Shown: positions 1 through 12,836, counted from the first letter of the stretch. The stretch: 64,000 nucleotides of DNA from Harriotta raleighana (GCA_050575255.1 JBNZDD010013598.1:580870-644869), one strand, 5' to 3'. Notes: generated by a model not told the origin, from the letters alone. Numbers and translations are program-made.

Positions 1-2424
1 AAGTACAAGATCGAAATGCTTAATTGTTGTGGACCAGGATAACCACAGTGTATTTGAACTCAGGCAATTTGTATCTCTGGGACCTGGCTCAAATCCAGCC
101 CTGACAGACAAAAAAAAAAGTCTCTCCTTTCTTGTGAGTTTGAGGTCACAAGTTACTAACGAAAAAAAAATCCCCAATCTCCCCACCCTGATCAATGCAA
201 CAATCATAGCTAAAGATCAGAGCTGCAAGAGTAAGACAGTAAGGTTGCGCATAAAAACACATCCCTTTTTTATCAGGGGAACAAGAGTCAACACAGCTAT
301 GTAACCAGCTAAACTTTAAAAATCATCTGTACAGAAATCATCTGCTTTCGAAACATGTCAATACACACGTTAGCCTAGCCTTTAAGTTTCAAGTTCCATT
401 TGAAGACGACTTGAAGAGACATTTCACTGTACCTGAACAAGATGCTGGTTGAAGACGCCTGTAACATTTCTGCATCATATTAAGCTTAGGCATTAGTCAA
501 TAACCAATTCAGAGACAACGTCTCAGTGTGTTTAAGTTCTATGTCACACCAAATGTGTAGGAAAAGACTAATGTTAAAATACTCGACTTGGCAAGAGAGT
601 TCAGTTAGAGCATGGGTAATATCTGGTTGAGTATGAAACTGATAGTTGAGCACAGAGCTGAAATTCAAAGATTGAACACAAGAACATTTCACAATATATC
701 AGTATATTGGTTTCCTGTCCTTCCATGCTTCATAACATGTCAGATAACATTGGAAAAAAAAAGCCAAAGATATTTTCCTCAGGCCACTGTACTCCCCACC
801 ATTGAATCCATTTACTTCCATAAATTCTTATTGTACCCAGAATATCCAATGAACAGGTTCCCCCAAACACAATGATATCCCACCACATCCCAATGAACAG
901 CAACTTCTTACTGCTGTGGAAGCTCACCATTAAGAGCAGTCAGATCTTTGCTGTCCTGATTAGTGAGATGTCTTGATTGATGAGTTTGGGAGTTTAAAAA
1001 AAAAAGGGTCTTAAATATTGAGTTTGACCAAGTTTTAACTATTGCTAAAGTGTTGACAATGTGAATTTTTACTAGCAAGTCGTTAGATGTTTTTCAGTGT
1101 CAATACTGTAGATTTTGGTGAATGCTTTTGGTGTCACTGCATTGCTGCAGACCTCCGCCAAGGTCACAAACCAACCAATTTGCCTGCGGTAAAGTTTACC
1201 AGCAGGATTATTCATGACTGTTGACACCATCTGATGCACTCGTTTTCACTGCAAATTGGGCTCGGAAGCGTTGTACTTGCACAAACGGCTCCAGAACAAT
1301 AAGCTTCAGCAAATTCACCTTTTAAACCAAAATGCAGATTGAAAGCTTTTGCGCTGATGCAGCAGTCAAGCATTTACTCTTAACGATTATCCAAGCAATT
1401 TCAGCTTTTATGATTGGATTTTGTGTGGGGAGGGGTGGAAAATCAGTTCAGAAATAATCTAAATCCAATATTAAACAATGTTTGGCTGGGACATAAGGAA
1501 CCAAATGAAAATGAACCTTGCATGAACATAAAATTGATCTGCTTGAAGACAAAGTCAATTTTTCCAGTTCTGTGGGGTTTTTTTTTGGGTGTGTTAAGAC
1601 AACATCTCCTCTCTTGCTTTCTATTTCTCCCAACTTTCTATTTCTCCCAAATTGTTCTCCCTTCCCCATGCATGTCCAGAGTGGATTCCACTTTCTGACT
1701 CCCTTGAACGCGACTTTTAAAAAAAATCTGAGCGCAGCCGTGGAAGCGGTTCTGACCCACGATGTAGCTTCACATTTTATCTGTCGGGTTAGCACCTGAA
1801 CTCAACAGTATGGACATGAAACCTGATTCCACATTCGTTGTCCAGACCCCAGCTTTCTATGAACACAGTAACTTTCATTGCATGACCTCTGTGATCCCAT
1901 AAATATGAACCTCAAAATAACCATCCTAATTCCATTTGCCAAATCAGGTCATAGATTCCCTTCTTGATATGTCGGAAGAATTCTTCCCATGGTGAAAGTT
2001 TTTTTTAATCAACATTAAAATTCTCTAAATATAACCTTGGAGAGCACTGTTTCTGTTCACTCCAGGACCTCCTCATGTTTTAATCCTACATCTATCAGGC
2101 CAGACAGTTGTAAACACTATACCAGTTAGGATGTCTGCTTAGAGCTGCCTTCAAAGTACTTATCCTACCCGAGTATCCAGTGTACCGTGGCCAACAGTGT
2201 AAAAAAGGCAATGAGTTTCCTGAACCAACACATTCTTTTACGTTGTCAAAAGGCTACCATTATTTTCATTCACTAAAGAAGGCAATCCGTATTGCATTTT
2301 GTTCCATACCATTCGAAAACAGGCTTAACAATTCCTAATATTTTGGCTGCCAAGAATTTTCATTCAAGCATTTTGTGGAAGAAAAAAAAGGTAACGGAGG
2401 TGTTAGCGACTGGTAGACACTTAC

Positions 2425-2600
2425 CATCGCAATGCTATTTTGATCGGTGTAGTAAGGCAGGAAGTGAACAGATCAGCCGGTAAATCGGGGTTCATGGGCA
2501 AGAGCTCAGTGGCCTCACAGGCAGCCAGTTGAATACAGTTCTTCATCGATGGTGGCAAAGGCATCTGTGCGAGTGGGTGATTTGGGTTGATGGCTGCAAC
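2425..2600 (-). CDS. RPTOR: RPTOR coding exon 6 ([59 protein letters not shown])
   Basis: Translation is near-identical to vertebrate Raptor. Acceptor ctttcag|GTT, donor CGATG|gtaagt, 176 nt, phase 0 to phase 2. Confidence 0.97.
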
Positions 2601-2643
2601 CTGAAAGATTAAGGCCACCAGGCAAAAATTCATGGAATTGAAG

Positions 2644-2964
2644 TAATAATAGTCCTTGCATTTGATATAGCGCTTTTCATATCTTATCGACGTCTCAAAG
2701 TGCTTCACAGAATATACTGTAAAGTGAATTGACTGTATAATTGTGGGTGAGAAAGTGGCAGCCATTTGCGCACAGCAGCGTCCCACAAACAGTCGTGGAT
2801 TAAAACGACCAATTTTATTATTGTGTTTTTTTTTGAATGGATTAATATTAGGCCTGTGGAGTAAGGAAACTTGCCCAAGGTTTCTCCCTGATCTGCCTGG
2901 ATTCGAACATAGGTCTCATGCTTGTAAGACGAGTGCTCTAACCACTGAGCTACTGGAGCTCCAC
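2644..2964 (-). mobile_element. Full-length tRNA-headed SINE (family A)
   Basis: Head has A box TAGCTCAGTGG and B box GTTCGAATCC. Body is shared with many copies and ends GCGCTATATCAAATGCAAGG(ATT)n. Confidence 0.92.
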
Positions 2965-3999
2965 AAGTTACAAGTACAAGTTAATTGGGGCTCAATGTTC
3001 TGTAGCAGTCCACATTTATTATAATCACTTCTGATTCTGTCATCTACGGGTACATTAAAAAATATTAAGTGGGAATAGTATTTGAAGTTAACCTCGGAGG
3101 ACTATGTGCGTTTATTGGCCCATCAGTACAAAGCAAAGAAAATCGACAACAATGTGCCTCAAATGCCTGAGATGCAGTTTACACACTCCACTAATGTAAG
3201 AAAGTTTAAATGACAAAATGATTTGTGATAGTGTAAACAAAATCTAAGGCGCCTCATTCTTCAAGTTGTTTAAATTTAATGAAAAATAACACGATTATAC
3301 AATGCATTATAAATTTACATTGATGTAGTGCCTTTCACATACTGAAATGTACGCATCATATTGAACACTGCAAACCATAACATTTTGTTGTGTTTTCACA
3401 CAAACACAATGGCGGGCACAAGGAAGTGGAGACAAGCAATAGATGAGTCAGAAACTTAAAAGGTAGGAGGGATAAAATTACGAACTGAGCAAGAAGGGAA
3501 TTAGTTCCACTAAACCCTCTAACAAGGCAAAATGATTTCTATCACTTGGCTGAACATGCTGCAGTGCTAACTCAAATGAAAATACTCTCATCAATTCCCT
3601 GCTTTGCTCAGCTCCTGGATTTCCAGCTCTTGCTGCTGTGAAGCAAGCATTACTATATGATTTGAGTGCTGCATGATTTTGTTTGCAAAGCCGACTTGCT
3701 TTTAAAGCGATGTGAAGTGTAGCCGTGACAGCAAAGAATGTAATCCAGCAAACCGCGTAATAAGAAAGGATTCCGTTTGATACAGCTCCTTATGAAACCA
3801 AAGGGCTCGCCACGCACTTCAACGCAGAAGGATTTATGTAGGCAGATGTAACAGCTAACCTGATCCAGTGATGTCTTAGAAACATCAATGAGAAGAATGA
3901 CCACTAGATCTTTCTTTGGGTGAGGAAGGGAAATTGGTTGGAAAACAGCTTTTTTTTCCAAAATAGTGTTATGGGATATTTAATGCTCACTTAAACCAT

Positions 4000-4333
4000 A
4001 ATAATAATAATAATCCTTGCATTTGATATAGCGCTTTTCACATCTTATCAACGTCCCAAAGCGCTTCACAGAATATACTGTAAAGTGAATTGACTGTATA
4101 TTTGTGGGCGAAACGCGGCAGCCAATTGCACACAACAGTGTCCCACAAACAGTCATGGATTGAAATGACCAATTTTATTATTGTAGTTTTTTTTGGAGGG
4201 ATTATTATTAGGCATGTGGAGTAAGGAAACTTGCCCAAGGTTTCGCCCTGATCTGCCTGGATTTGAACAAAGGTCTCATGCTTGTAAGGCATGTAAGGCG
4301 AGTGCTCTAACCACTGAGCCACAGGAGCTCCAC
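4000..4333 (-). mobile_element. Full-length SINE A with 7-bp target-site duplication AAACCAT
   Basis: AAACCAT at 3993-3999 and 4334-4340; 9-nt tandem duplication in the head at 4283-4300. Confidence 0.92.
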
Positions 4334-4377
4334 AAACCATCAGACCTCGAGACAGAACCTTCGCTTAATATCTCTGC

Positions 4378-4572
4378 TGTAATAATAATAATCCTTACAT
4401 TTGATACAGCGCTTTTCAAATCTTCTGGATGTCTCAAAGCACTTCACAGAATATACTGTAAAGTGAATTCACTATATTATTTGTGGGCCAAATATGGCAG
4501 CCAATTGAGCACAGAAGTGTCCTACAAACAGTTGTGGATTGAAATGACCAATTTTTTTTATTTTTTTTTGCG
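4378..4572 (-). mobile_element. 5'-truncated SINE A
   Basis: 3' half similar to the 4000-4333 copy. Confidence 0.88.
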
Positions 4573-4681
4573 GGATTTGACTGTAGCACACCACCTTCTA
4601 AAGGGGAATCTACTTTGTTTCTCACAGCTATGTTGAGCAGCATCTGAAACTAAGGACAGCCATCTCACAATGAGAGGCAAT

Positions 4682-4850
4682 TACAACAAGCACAAAATTA
4701 CATTTGTAGAACGCCTTTTACGTCGGAAGGACGTTCTAAAGTGATGACAGTCAGGGGTCGGGACGTGGCTGGGATGAGGGAAGGCAGAGAGGTAGGGGGG
4801 CAACTGAAGGCACGGTCAAAGAGGAAGGTCTTGAGACCAGTCTTGTAGGA
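4682..4850 (-). mobile_element. L2 LINE 3' end
   Basis: Minus strand encodes the ORF2 end SYKTGLKTFLFDRAF, followed by a tail ending TGTAATTTTG(TTG)n as in the 20.8-22.0 kb copy. Confidence 0.8.
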
Positions 4851-5884
4851 GCCATGGAAGCGATTACTTTTAAAGAAGAGTAAATCAGCTTCAAATGCAA
4901 TTAAAACAATTTGAAAAAATGCACGAGGCCCTGCGATTTTCAACCTATTTATGACAAAATTATTTCAATCTCCCTACACCCTCCTCCGCAATTGCAAACC
5001 AAATGTGAAATGGCGTAAATGAAGGTTGTGAAATTGAAACATGGGATTCAGGGAGATTCTGTTTCATCTCGACCTGCTCACTCGTCAAGATTATTTTCTG
5101 CCATCCGCAGTGAGAAAGTGCGTCCTATCAATCACATTATGGCTAGCTGGGGAACTGCAGGAGAATTGTCAAAACCAACACTGCGGGCAGCACAACCTAA
5201 TACACAAGCTAATGCTGTACTGTGTGGTGACCTAGTTTCTGCCAGCTATGAGGAGGTCGGGATGCCACCTAGGCCATCGCACTGCACTTTTGGGACTACG
5301 GATGCAAAGACACCAGCTGAAATTAGGTCGAAAAGCATATTATATATGTATAAAATATAATATACATATTATACAGCGTTAGAACTGAGAAATCTGATTC
5401 ATGAACATGCCACACAAGGGTTCCTCTCTTAATCTCAATGAATGTCTCGCAAATGATTCACAATGAGGTGGTCCTTTGCTCTACTGTCTAATCCATTGAA
5501 TAGAAGTCACACAGAACGCACAAAACCCAGCTGTTCATATTCTTATCTTGATCAATCAGTTTATTTGCCTATTAAGCAGAGTGCTGGTTTTGGATTGAAG
5601 CAATGCTTAGTGAATCACAGCTCTCAGATGGCTGGATTTTTTGCTGGAAATTGGAACCAATCCAAGTGAAATACATTTTTACGAGAAGATACAAAGACTT
5701 TAAACATTTCTTTTCCAAGTATCGATAAAAGAGGCAAGGACAACATCCTTACAAAAGTTAGCAATGATAGGAACTGAAAACAAGTCATAGCATAATGGAT
5801 CATTGTGGCTAAAATTCTATAAAATTCCTTCACATTTTCACCTGCAAAATACAGTCCCAAACTATTTTAAGTAGATTCAATGAT

Positions 5885-6052
5885 GCTTTGAGACGTCTGA
5901 GCGACGTGATAATAGTAATAAAAATCCTTGCATTTTCATATAGCGCTTTTCACACCCTATCAACGTCTCAAAGCGCTTCACAGAATGTACTGTAAAGTGA
6001 ATAGACTGTATAGCTGTGGGCGAAAAGGCGCTATATCAAATGCAAGGACTCA
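5885..6052. mobile_element. Nested SINE A tails in opposite orientations
   Basis: Plus-strand tail GACGTGATAA|AAGGCGCTATATCAAATGCAAG is split by a minus-strand tail fragment at about 5913-6024. Confidence 0.8.
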
Positions 6053-8696
6053 TTTATAGAGAATGAACATGAAGTGAATGGGTTCAACAACTCCCTCAAG
6101 TATTTGTCCTCATTATGCACATGTGCGAATAAATCATCAATGAAAATGATCGAGCGTGATTCCAGCAGCAGCTGTAGCCCTCAATAAGGAGCTGAAAGGA
6201 TATCGACAAAGTGGCTCTAAACCACAGAAGTAATGCTCAATGCCACAACACTATTTGCAGAATTGTGTGATGTGCATTGTTGCTGGGTTCCTCGACAAAT
6301 TCCTGCAACATTGAATCTCCTTTGACACTCAATAAAAACTTATTCTGGGAACCGACCGAATCCCCAATGCATTCATTCTGCTAACTTCATTCAATTCCGT
6401 TTGCTTGCAATATGCAGGGATTAGCAAACATCACAGAGCAGTTTCGAGCATTCCGCTAACTGCAGAGAAAGGGTTGTACTGAATGCAAGGATTGTACATT
6501 TCCTCTCCTCGGAAGTGCAACGCAATTTTTAGGAGTTTCCCCTGTGTCTTTAGGGGGAGAATGCTAAAACGAAGAAGAAAAGTCCATTCTAACCCCAGTA
6601 TTAGACAAACTGTTCAAGCATAATATAATCATAGGAAGTACATGGTAAAAAAAAATGCACATAATGATGAATTCTGTAATAACATGTCAATGGACATTAG
6701 CATTTGTCCCCCAAGGAGATGATTTTGCAAATTCTAGACTTAAATGGCAGCTCTTGAGATTTCCTCTTCATTCTCTCCTGTTACACTTCCAGTATTTTTT
6801 TCCCTCTGTGTTTCCTGTCCTGAAAGCTCAGTGTAAACAGCTGTCTGCACTTTGAAGTTTCAGCTCAGGGGGGACGCTTTGCTGCCTTTGTGCACAGATA
6901 TAATAACTGCACATCCCATTTCCAGCTCGCTGATTTAGAAAACAAAGGCAGATTAACCACACAGCCGTTTGACGAGTCGTATTAGCAAGTTACAATACAG
7001 AAAATACGAGTGAACGAACAGCCAGAGACGCGTAGAAATTCCCAGACCAGGGGGTCATCATGTTGTGTCCATCGCTATTATTAAACCTCTCCCTTCCCGC
7101 CCATCCCCCCCTCTCATAATCAAATAAATCTTATTACAGCCCTGGTTTTCATCCACACATGGTGGGTGCTGCATCTTCGTATAACACTGCTATGATGGTC
7201 TTGCTGCAGAATTGTAATGAGAATCAACAACACCAAAGGCAGTGTAAAATATAAAAAAAAGGAAATGTGCACTAGTGAGCTGCTTTGGGAATGGCAAAAT
7301 CACACCAATAAAGATGCTCATCAGCTACAGATAATAGTCATCTTCCTCCCTCCTCCCAAATAAAGTTTCTGTTTGTTATATATACTGTGCTGCAAATGGG
7401 CTGATCCGCGTTGCATCACTGCACATTTTAATAACTGCGTCATCGGCTCTTTTCAATTTATTCTTTCGTTTTTAAAAAAAATCACACCAGCAGTTACAGG
7501 CCAATCACCACTGCCTGTGCACAGGCACTTGAGTGACAGGCTGTCATAGAAGCCCCACCTTCTCAATCAGAATGATTTGAGCAGGTAATGAGATGCAGCC
7601 TAGCTCGCGCTCTGCTTTACAATGCTACACAGACAGCACCAATATTGCAGCACAGCATAACAACACAGCAAAATACAATGCATTAATTATTCAGCATCGC
7701 CAAACTTAGTTGCACTCTCTCCTAGGTCCGGGAGATACTTGAACTAAACCTCAGCTTTAAACAATTATTTACAGGTTGCCCCAATCCATCCCCCACCCCT
7801 TTCGTTTCCCTCTCCCCACCACCCGGAAAGGCTTGTTTATTGTACTGATTTCCATGCTGCCGTCCTTTGCCATCAGCAGGCGATGGAATCCCACTGTGCA
7901 CTCTATGCCAACAGCAAAATAACTTATATTTTCTAAGCAAAGTAAATATTAATGAGTTTTTTAAAAAAAAGCTTAATTGGCTATACCCATCTTTTCTGAA
8001 TGTAGCTGAAGACTGGTACTTCAGGTTCGTAGTTAAGCACACAAGCCAGAGGCAGAGACTTTGTGTTTCCCAACAGAATTTAGCATTTGGACATTTTATT
8101 TATAGAAATGTATTCTCCCAAAGTATGAAATATGCAGCGTTTCGGCCGGATCCCACTTCTCTGAGGAAATCAGAAATGTCTTTGTTTAACCAAAGGCCAA
8201 ATGAAATAGCAACCAAACATGTGTTTTTCCTGAGGGGTACGATGGGAGGGTAAGAAAAAAGGAAGTGGGAGGGAGGGTGGGGGTGAAAGAGAATTGTTTA
8301 TTAGACTAAGCAAACGAGGTATGATCCATGCAGCATTTTTTCATTATAGGATTGATGAAATTTTTATTCCGAAGAAACCTTTTGTACACTAGGCTGCACG
8401 CAAGGTGGAAAAATCAATTGTTTGTAAAATTCTATCGGACTTCTCGTACATTTCATGAGTATTGAGCAAATTGATTAGTGAACCGTAGAAATAAGTTGCT
8501 AAGACTTCAAGCAATGCAAAAGGTTGTAACTGCAATCCTAAAACATTAAACAAAAGTTTTTAAACTTGAAATCACTGCACCCCCCTATTGTTAAATTGGC
8601 TGCCATTTCGCAACCTTGCCACACCCTACATTGGGTTCCTCTATCTACCTTATATGAAGCTTTAAAAAGTTGCAAGCACTACTTATTATTACATAT

Positions 8697-8963
8697 TTAA
8701 TAATAATCAAAATCCTTGTTTTGATATAGTGCCTTATCACAATCTTGAGCCGACTCAAAGCGCTTCACAGAATATGCTGTAAAATGTAGTGACTGTATAT
8801 TCTGCGGGCTAAACGCAACAGCCACAAATGCATACAGAAGCGTGCCACAAACAGTCATGGATTGAGTGACCAAATTGTTTTTTAAGGGATTATTAGCTCC
8901 GGAAAGCGATCTGCTAATCAACTAACAACCTGGTTCTTATTTAGTGGTAGGTAAATTGATGTG
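8697..8963 (-). mobile_element. SINE A, long variant, head missing
   Basis: SINE 3' half plus an extra segment of about 60 nt shared with the 62690-63000 copy. Confidence 0.8.
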
Positions 8964-8974
8964 TGCAATAAATA

Positions 8975-8981
8975 TATATAC

Positions 8982-9017
<36 letters not shown>
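8975..9017. repeat. (TA)n/(TG)n microsatellite
   Basis: Seen directly. Confidence 0.9.
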
Positions 9018-9020
<3 letters not shown>

Positions 9021-11646
9021 AAAACACACACATACATGTATGCAAATAAATGCGTTATCAAGCAAAGCAAGTTTCTTATAATAACACTTACAGTTGATGT
9101 AGCACCTTTCAAGTCAGGTGGACGTCTCAAACTACTTCAAGGATTTACTGTTAAATTAATCCCCACGTAATCACGAAGGTAGATTGATAACAAGGGAAAC
9201 TGGCAGAGTTCAGGGATTTAGATCATTTTAGGATCCAAATAGGGCTTAAACTTCAGCAAAGCCTTTGTCTTTAAGGGTGAAACATCAATATTCCATTTTT
9301 CTTTTCCCCCACACTCCCCTCCCCAGTTTTTTTCTTAAATTTTCTCAGATCTTGAAGAGATTTATTTTAATTGTGGGTTTTTTTCCTCTTCTACTGAGCT
9401 ATGGCTTCATGGGATGACAGATTCCGGTCTTCACTCACGCATTTCTCACTCGAAGATCTCAGGATGGCAATCAGAAACAGAGACCCTGCCTGATTCGTCA
9501 CTTCTTAACACCTAAAGGCCCTGTAGCTCCAAATGTGCATCAACTGCGATCGACGCATTTTCACCCAGCAATTTGCAAACCTATAGCCTTCGCTCTTGTA
9601 CACTGGTGTCCATTAACATCAACAGCCTCCAAGGAATTTCTTCACTCATAGAGCTATTAAGCAGTAGAATTTATTACAATCCAGCCATTGAGGCTGGATC
9701 ATGAGAAGCATCAGAGCAATAAAATCACAAAGAGATATATAGCAAACTGAAATGGAAAGTGCGATCAATAATAGAGGGCAATTTAGAAAAAACACAGGTT
9801 CTGGTTGCCTTCTTATAGGTGAGATCATCTCACAGAAACAACAGGCACTTGGAAGGAACAACAGCTGGGGGAAACCCCATCAGCATCAGCCTTTCATCTC
9901 GACCACGTCAACTGATGCTCTTTTGATCTTCACCCAGATGCGACTGGCTGTGGGTTTCACATTCACAGATCCATCTCAAGGAATGAGAGGTTGAAAGCAT
10001 AAAAGTCCCTGGATATTCAACATGGTGTGTGTGTGTGGGGGTGGGGGGGGTGTGGGGGGGCTTCCAATGTTCGAATGTCGTAAAGCAAACATTTCAGCGA
10101 TCTGAAAAATTTAGGTTAGGAATTTGAGATGACCTAGATAAGCCACGTACGTACTGTACATCTTGTCAGGCAAAATTAGTGCATTCACAATGCAATCAGT
10201 GGGGAGTCCAATTTAATCAAGATGCTGGTAAACAGCATGGCAATGAAGATAAGTCATTCATTACAATATCTGAAGGCTAGAAGAGACCCCCCCACTCCCC
10301 ACCTCCACAACTCGGCTTTTTCCCTAAAGTAACTACACAGATCGAGACAAGGAGTCTGAAGCAGAATTCATTCATTAATACAGACTGATTCCTTGAAATC
10401 TTAACTTTGTATTAAGTAAATAGTTTTTTTTAAATCCTCCTGGTGGTGGGGGTGGGAAGAGAGGAGATAAACTGGGTTTTCTGATAGCCTAGCTAGCTCC
10501 AAGGTGCTGTGCCTCACGATGGAATAGAATCAAGTTGGCATCCATGTCTCTGTTGTTTGGGTTCTTAAGCCTTATGGGTATGCAGTACTCCTCATCAATG
10601 GACCAGACCAATCACAGAGGGGAGTTTCCATTTGGTGAACATTTTCTCACCAGCAATTTGTTAAAAAATATCCATCAACTCTTTCAGTAAAGTCGCTTGA
10701 TTTGTGATCTCACAGGGGAGATTTGATGCAACTCGCTCCAGAAAAGTTCAAATGAATTCTTGATGGGTCAAATGGTTTGATTACAATTTCACTGCAGCAA
10801 TTTTAATTGGATATTGCTTTTGTGGTAAACATTACATATGTTTGCCTTTATTTGCTTCAGAGCAGTTCTGGGTTGTCAGTCACCATTTGGAGACAGATGT
10901 TATACTGTAGCAGTTTTTGATGACAGATGTGTATAAGCAAAACATAAAGGTAATCAAACTTCAATATTACCTCCACAGCCAACACACGCATTCAGTGGAT
11001 GATTAATAATCATGAAACGCCCACACAAGCTCACATTAGCCTTAAAATTCCCAATTTAACCCTATCTCAGTCAGAGGAGTTAGCAAGCTCCGTTAAAATA
11101 ATTCTCCCAAGAGAATTTGACTGTGTTGCATGGATTCAAAATTATAAATCTAACAGACAGCAAGAGAGAGTGAGAAAGTGAGAAAGGGAGAGGGAGAAAA
11201 GGAAAATAATTGCAACATCTATCAAATGGGGGTTTTGCTCCAGAGGCAGCATAGATACTGGAAAAAGGCCCAAACTGAATTACATTAAGATCATGATATT
11301 AAATCTAATGGTCTTCAGGTCAAGCAGTCAAACAACAGGTTTCTAATTGTTTCTGATTTTGAAAGAGAAAACTAGAAACAATAAAGGTAACAAATTTAGA
11401 GCTAACACCACATTAAAAGACACTTCCGCAAAGGTCAATTATAATTAAACCGAGAGCTGAACTAAGTTCTATGTTTTCTGGATAAAGGCACAATGAAGGA
11501 AAATGATGATTTGAGGGGCAAAGGTGGATTACACATTTTATATTGTAATACAATTCCGCAGGCAAATATTAAAATATTTCTAACAAACATCAAACATTCC
11601 AAATTGCTTTTTTTGGGGGTGGAAAAAAGAAGGAACGGAAACATAC

Positions 11647-11793
11647 CTCTAACTCCTGCTCTCTCTGCAATGCAAACTGCTTAAATGACTTCACTATGAT
11701 GCCGGCGTTTGAGCAGTCGTAGACAAATATAGAGGGGCTCCCCATCCAGGTCTGAAGGTCATAAATCGAAAGAGGAATATACTGGGTATAATT
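11647..11793 (-). CDS. RPTOR: RPTOR coding exon 5 ([49 protein letters not shown])
   Basis: Translated by hand (not in the ORF track). Acceptor ctcattccag|AAT, donor GAG|gtatgt, 147 nt. Confidence 0.97.
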
Positions 11794-12793
11794 CTGGAAT
11801 GAGAGAAATAAATTAGAGGACGACCATCACTGGCAGTGCAACGTAACAAACGCAATCCAAACCTATCAGACACTAGACAAATTCCACTCATTCATTGGGC
11901 AAAAACAGAAGACTTGACAGTAACTATCGACTGTAACAGTATATCCAAATGTAATATACCTACAACTTTAATCAAGCTTTACTTATTTGACAATGTACCC
12001 TTTAGACCAGCTGCATTACATGTTAATATTTCAGGACATTTTCTTTTTCCCTCCCCCCAGTGATGAATCTAAAACATTGTTTTTTACAGCCCGACTTATG
12101 TTAGTCCCAAAGCAACCACCACAAATGTGGTTGTGTCACTGAACACAGAGAGAAAAATAATTGCGACATCTTTAACTCTAGATATAAAAGTGATGTCATA
12201 TTAGTTTTACTGAAACATCAGCCATTATAGATTGTGACAAAAAATAAAAGTTGCTTCACAGTCAAATTACTCTAATCAAACAAGAGAATATAGCTTCAGG
12301 CAAACATTTGGAAACCTACTATTGGGTAACACAGATTAAAAAAAGGCCAAGAATAATTGTTAGAAAATCCAGCAAAACATGATCCCTCAAGAGATTATAG
12401 TTTAATGATTTTAGGATCAATTTCCGGTGGTTTGACTAGGTGCTGCAATATTTTTAACAGGAGGATAAACAGAATAGCAAAATTTAAAAGATTAAACATG
12501 CACTTTTTCATTCTTTGAAACAAATCCATAATCTTCAAACATTTGCTGCACGATAAACCCGACATCACACTGGCTCCTGAAATTGTGTGTGGTTCACTAT
12601 AGATTCTCTAACAGTTGTTCAGGTTATCCAAACTCCATATAAAACGCTGCTTGACTTTTTTTCTTTTAGAACATCTACTTTCATAACGTGCCTCGAAAAC
12701 AGTGCATTTTTGCCCTGAATTCAAACCAAATCATAACTTCACAGCTGGTGAAGTATTAGACACCCAGTCCTACCTCTTCAAAGCAACTTTTTT

Positions 12794-12796
<3 letters not shown>

Positions 12797-12830
<34 letters not shown>
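12797..12830. repeat. (AT)n microsatellite
   Basis: Seen directly. Confidence 0.95.

Positions 12831-12836
<6 letters not shown>

Noticed and set aside
430-480. ATGCAGAAATGT (MQKC) on the minus strand, resembling RPTOR exon 7
   Set aside because: The following residues (YRRLQPASCS) do not match Raptor and no suitable acceptor is present; exon 7 is probably outside the window.
2601-2616. CCTTAAT close to the exon 6 acceptor, resembling a U12 branch point
   Set aside because: The intron 5 donor is GTATGT, not the U12 GTATCCTT, so it is treated as a U2 intron.
2890-2964. tRNA genes at the SINE heads
   Set aside because: Each continues into a SINE body and tail and has broken stems; they are SINE promoters, not tRNA genes.
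4038-4643. Recurring similar ORFs ([28 protein letters not shown]) suggesting a peptide gene family
   Set aside because: All are translations of SINE A copies in various frames.
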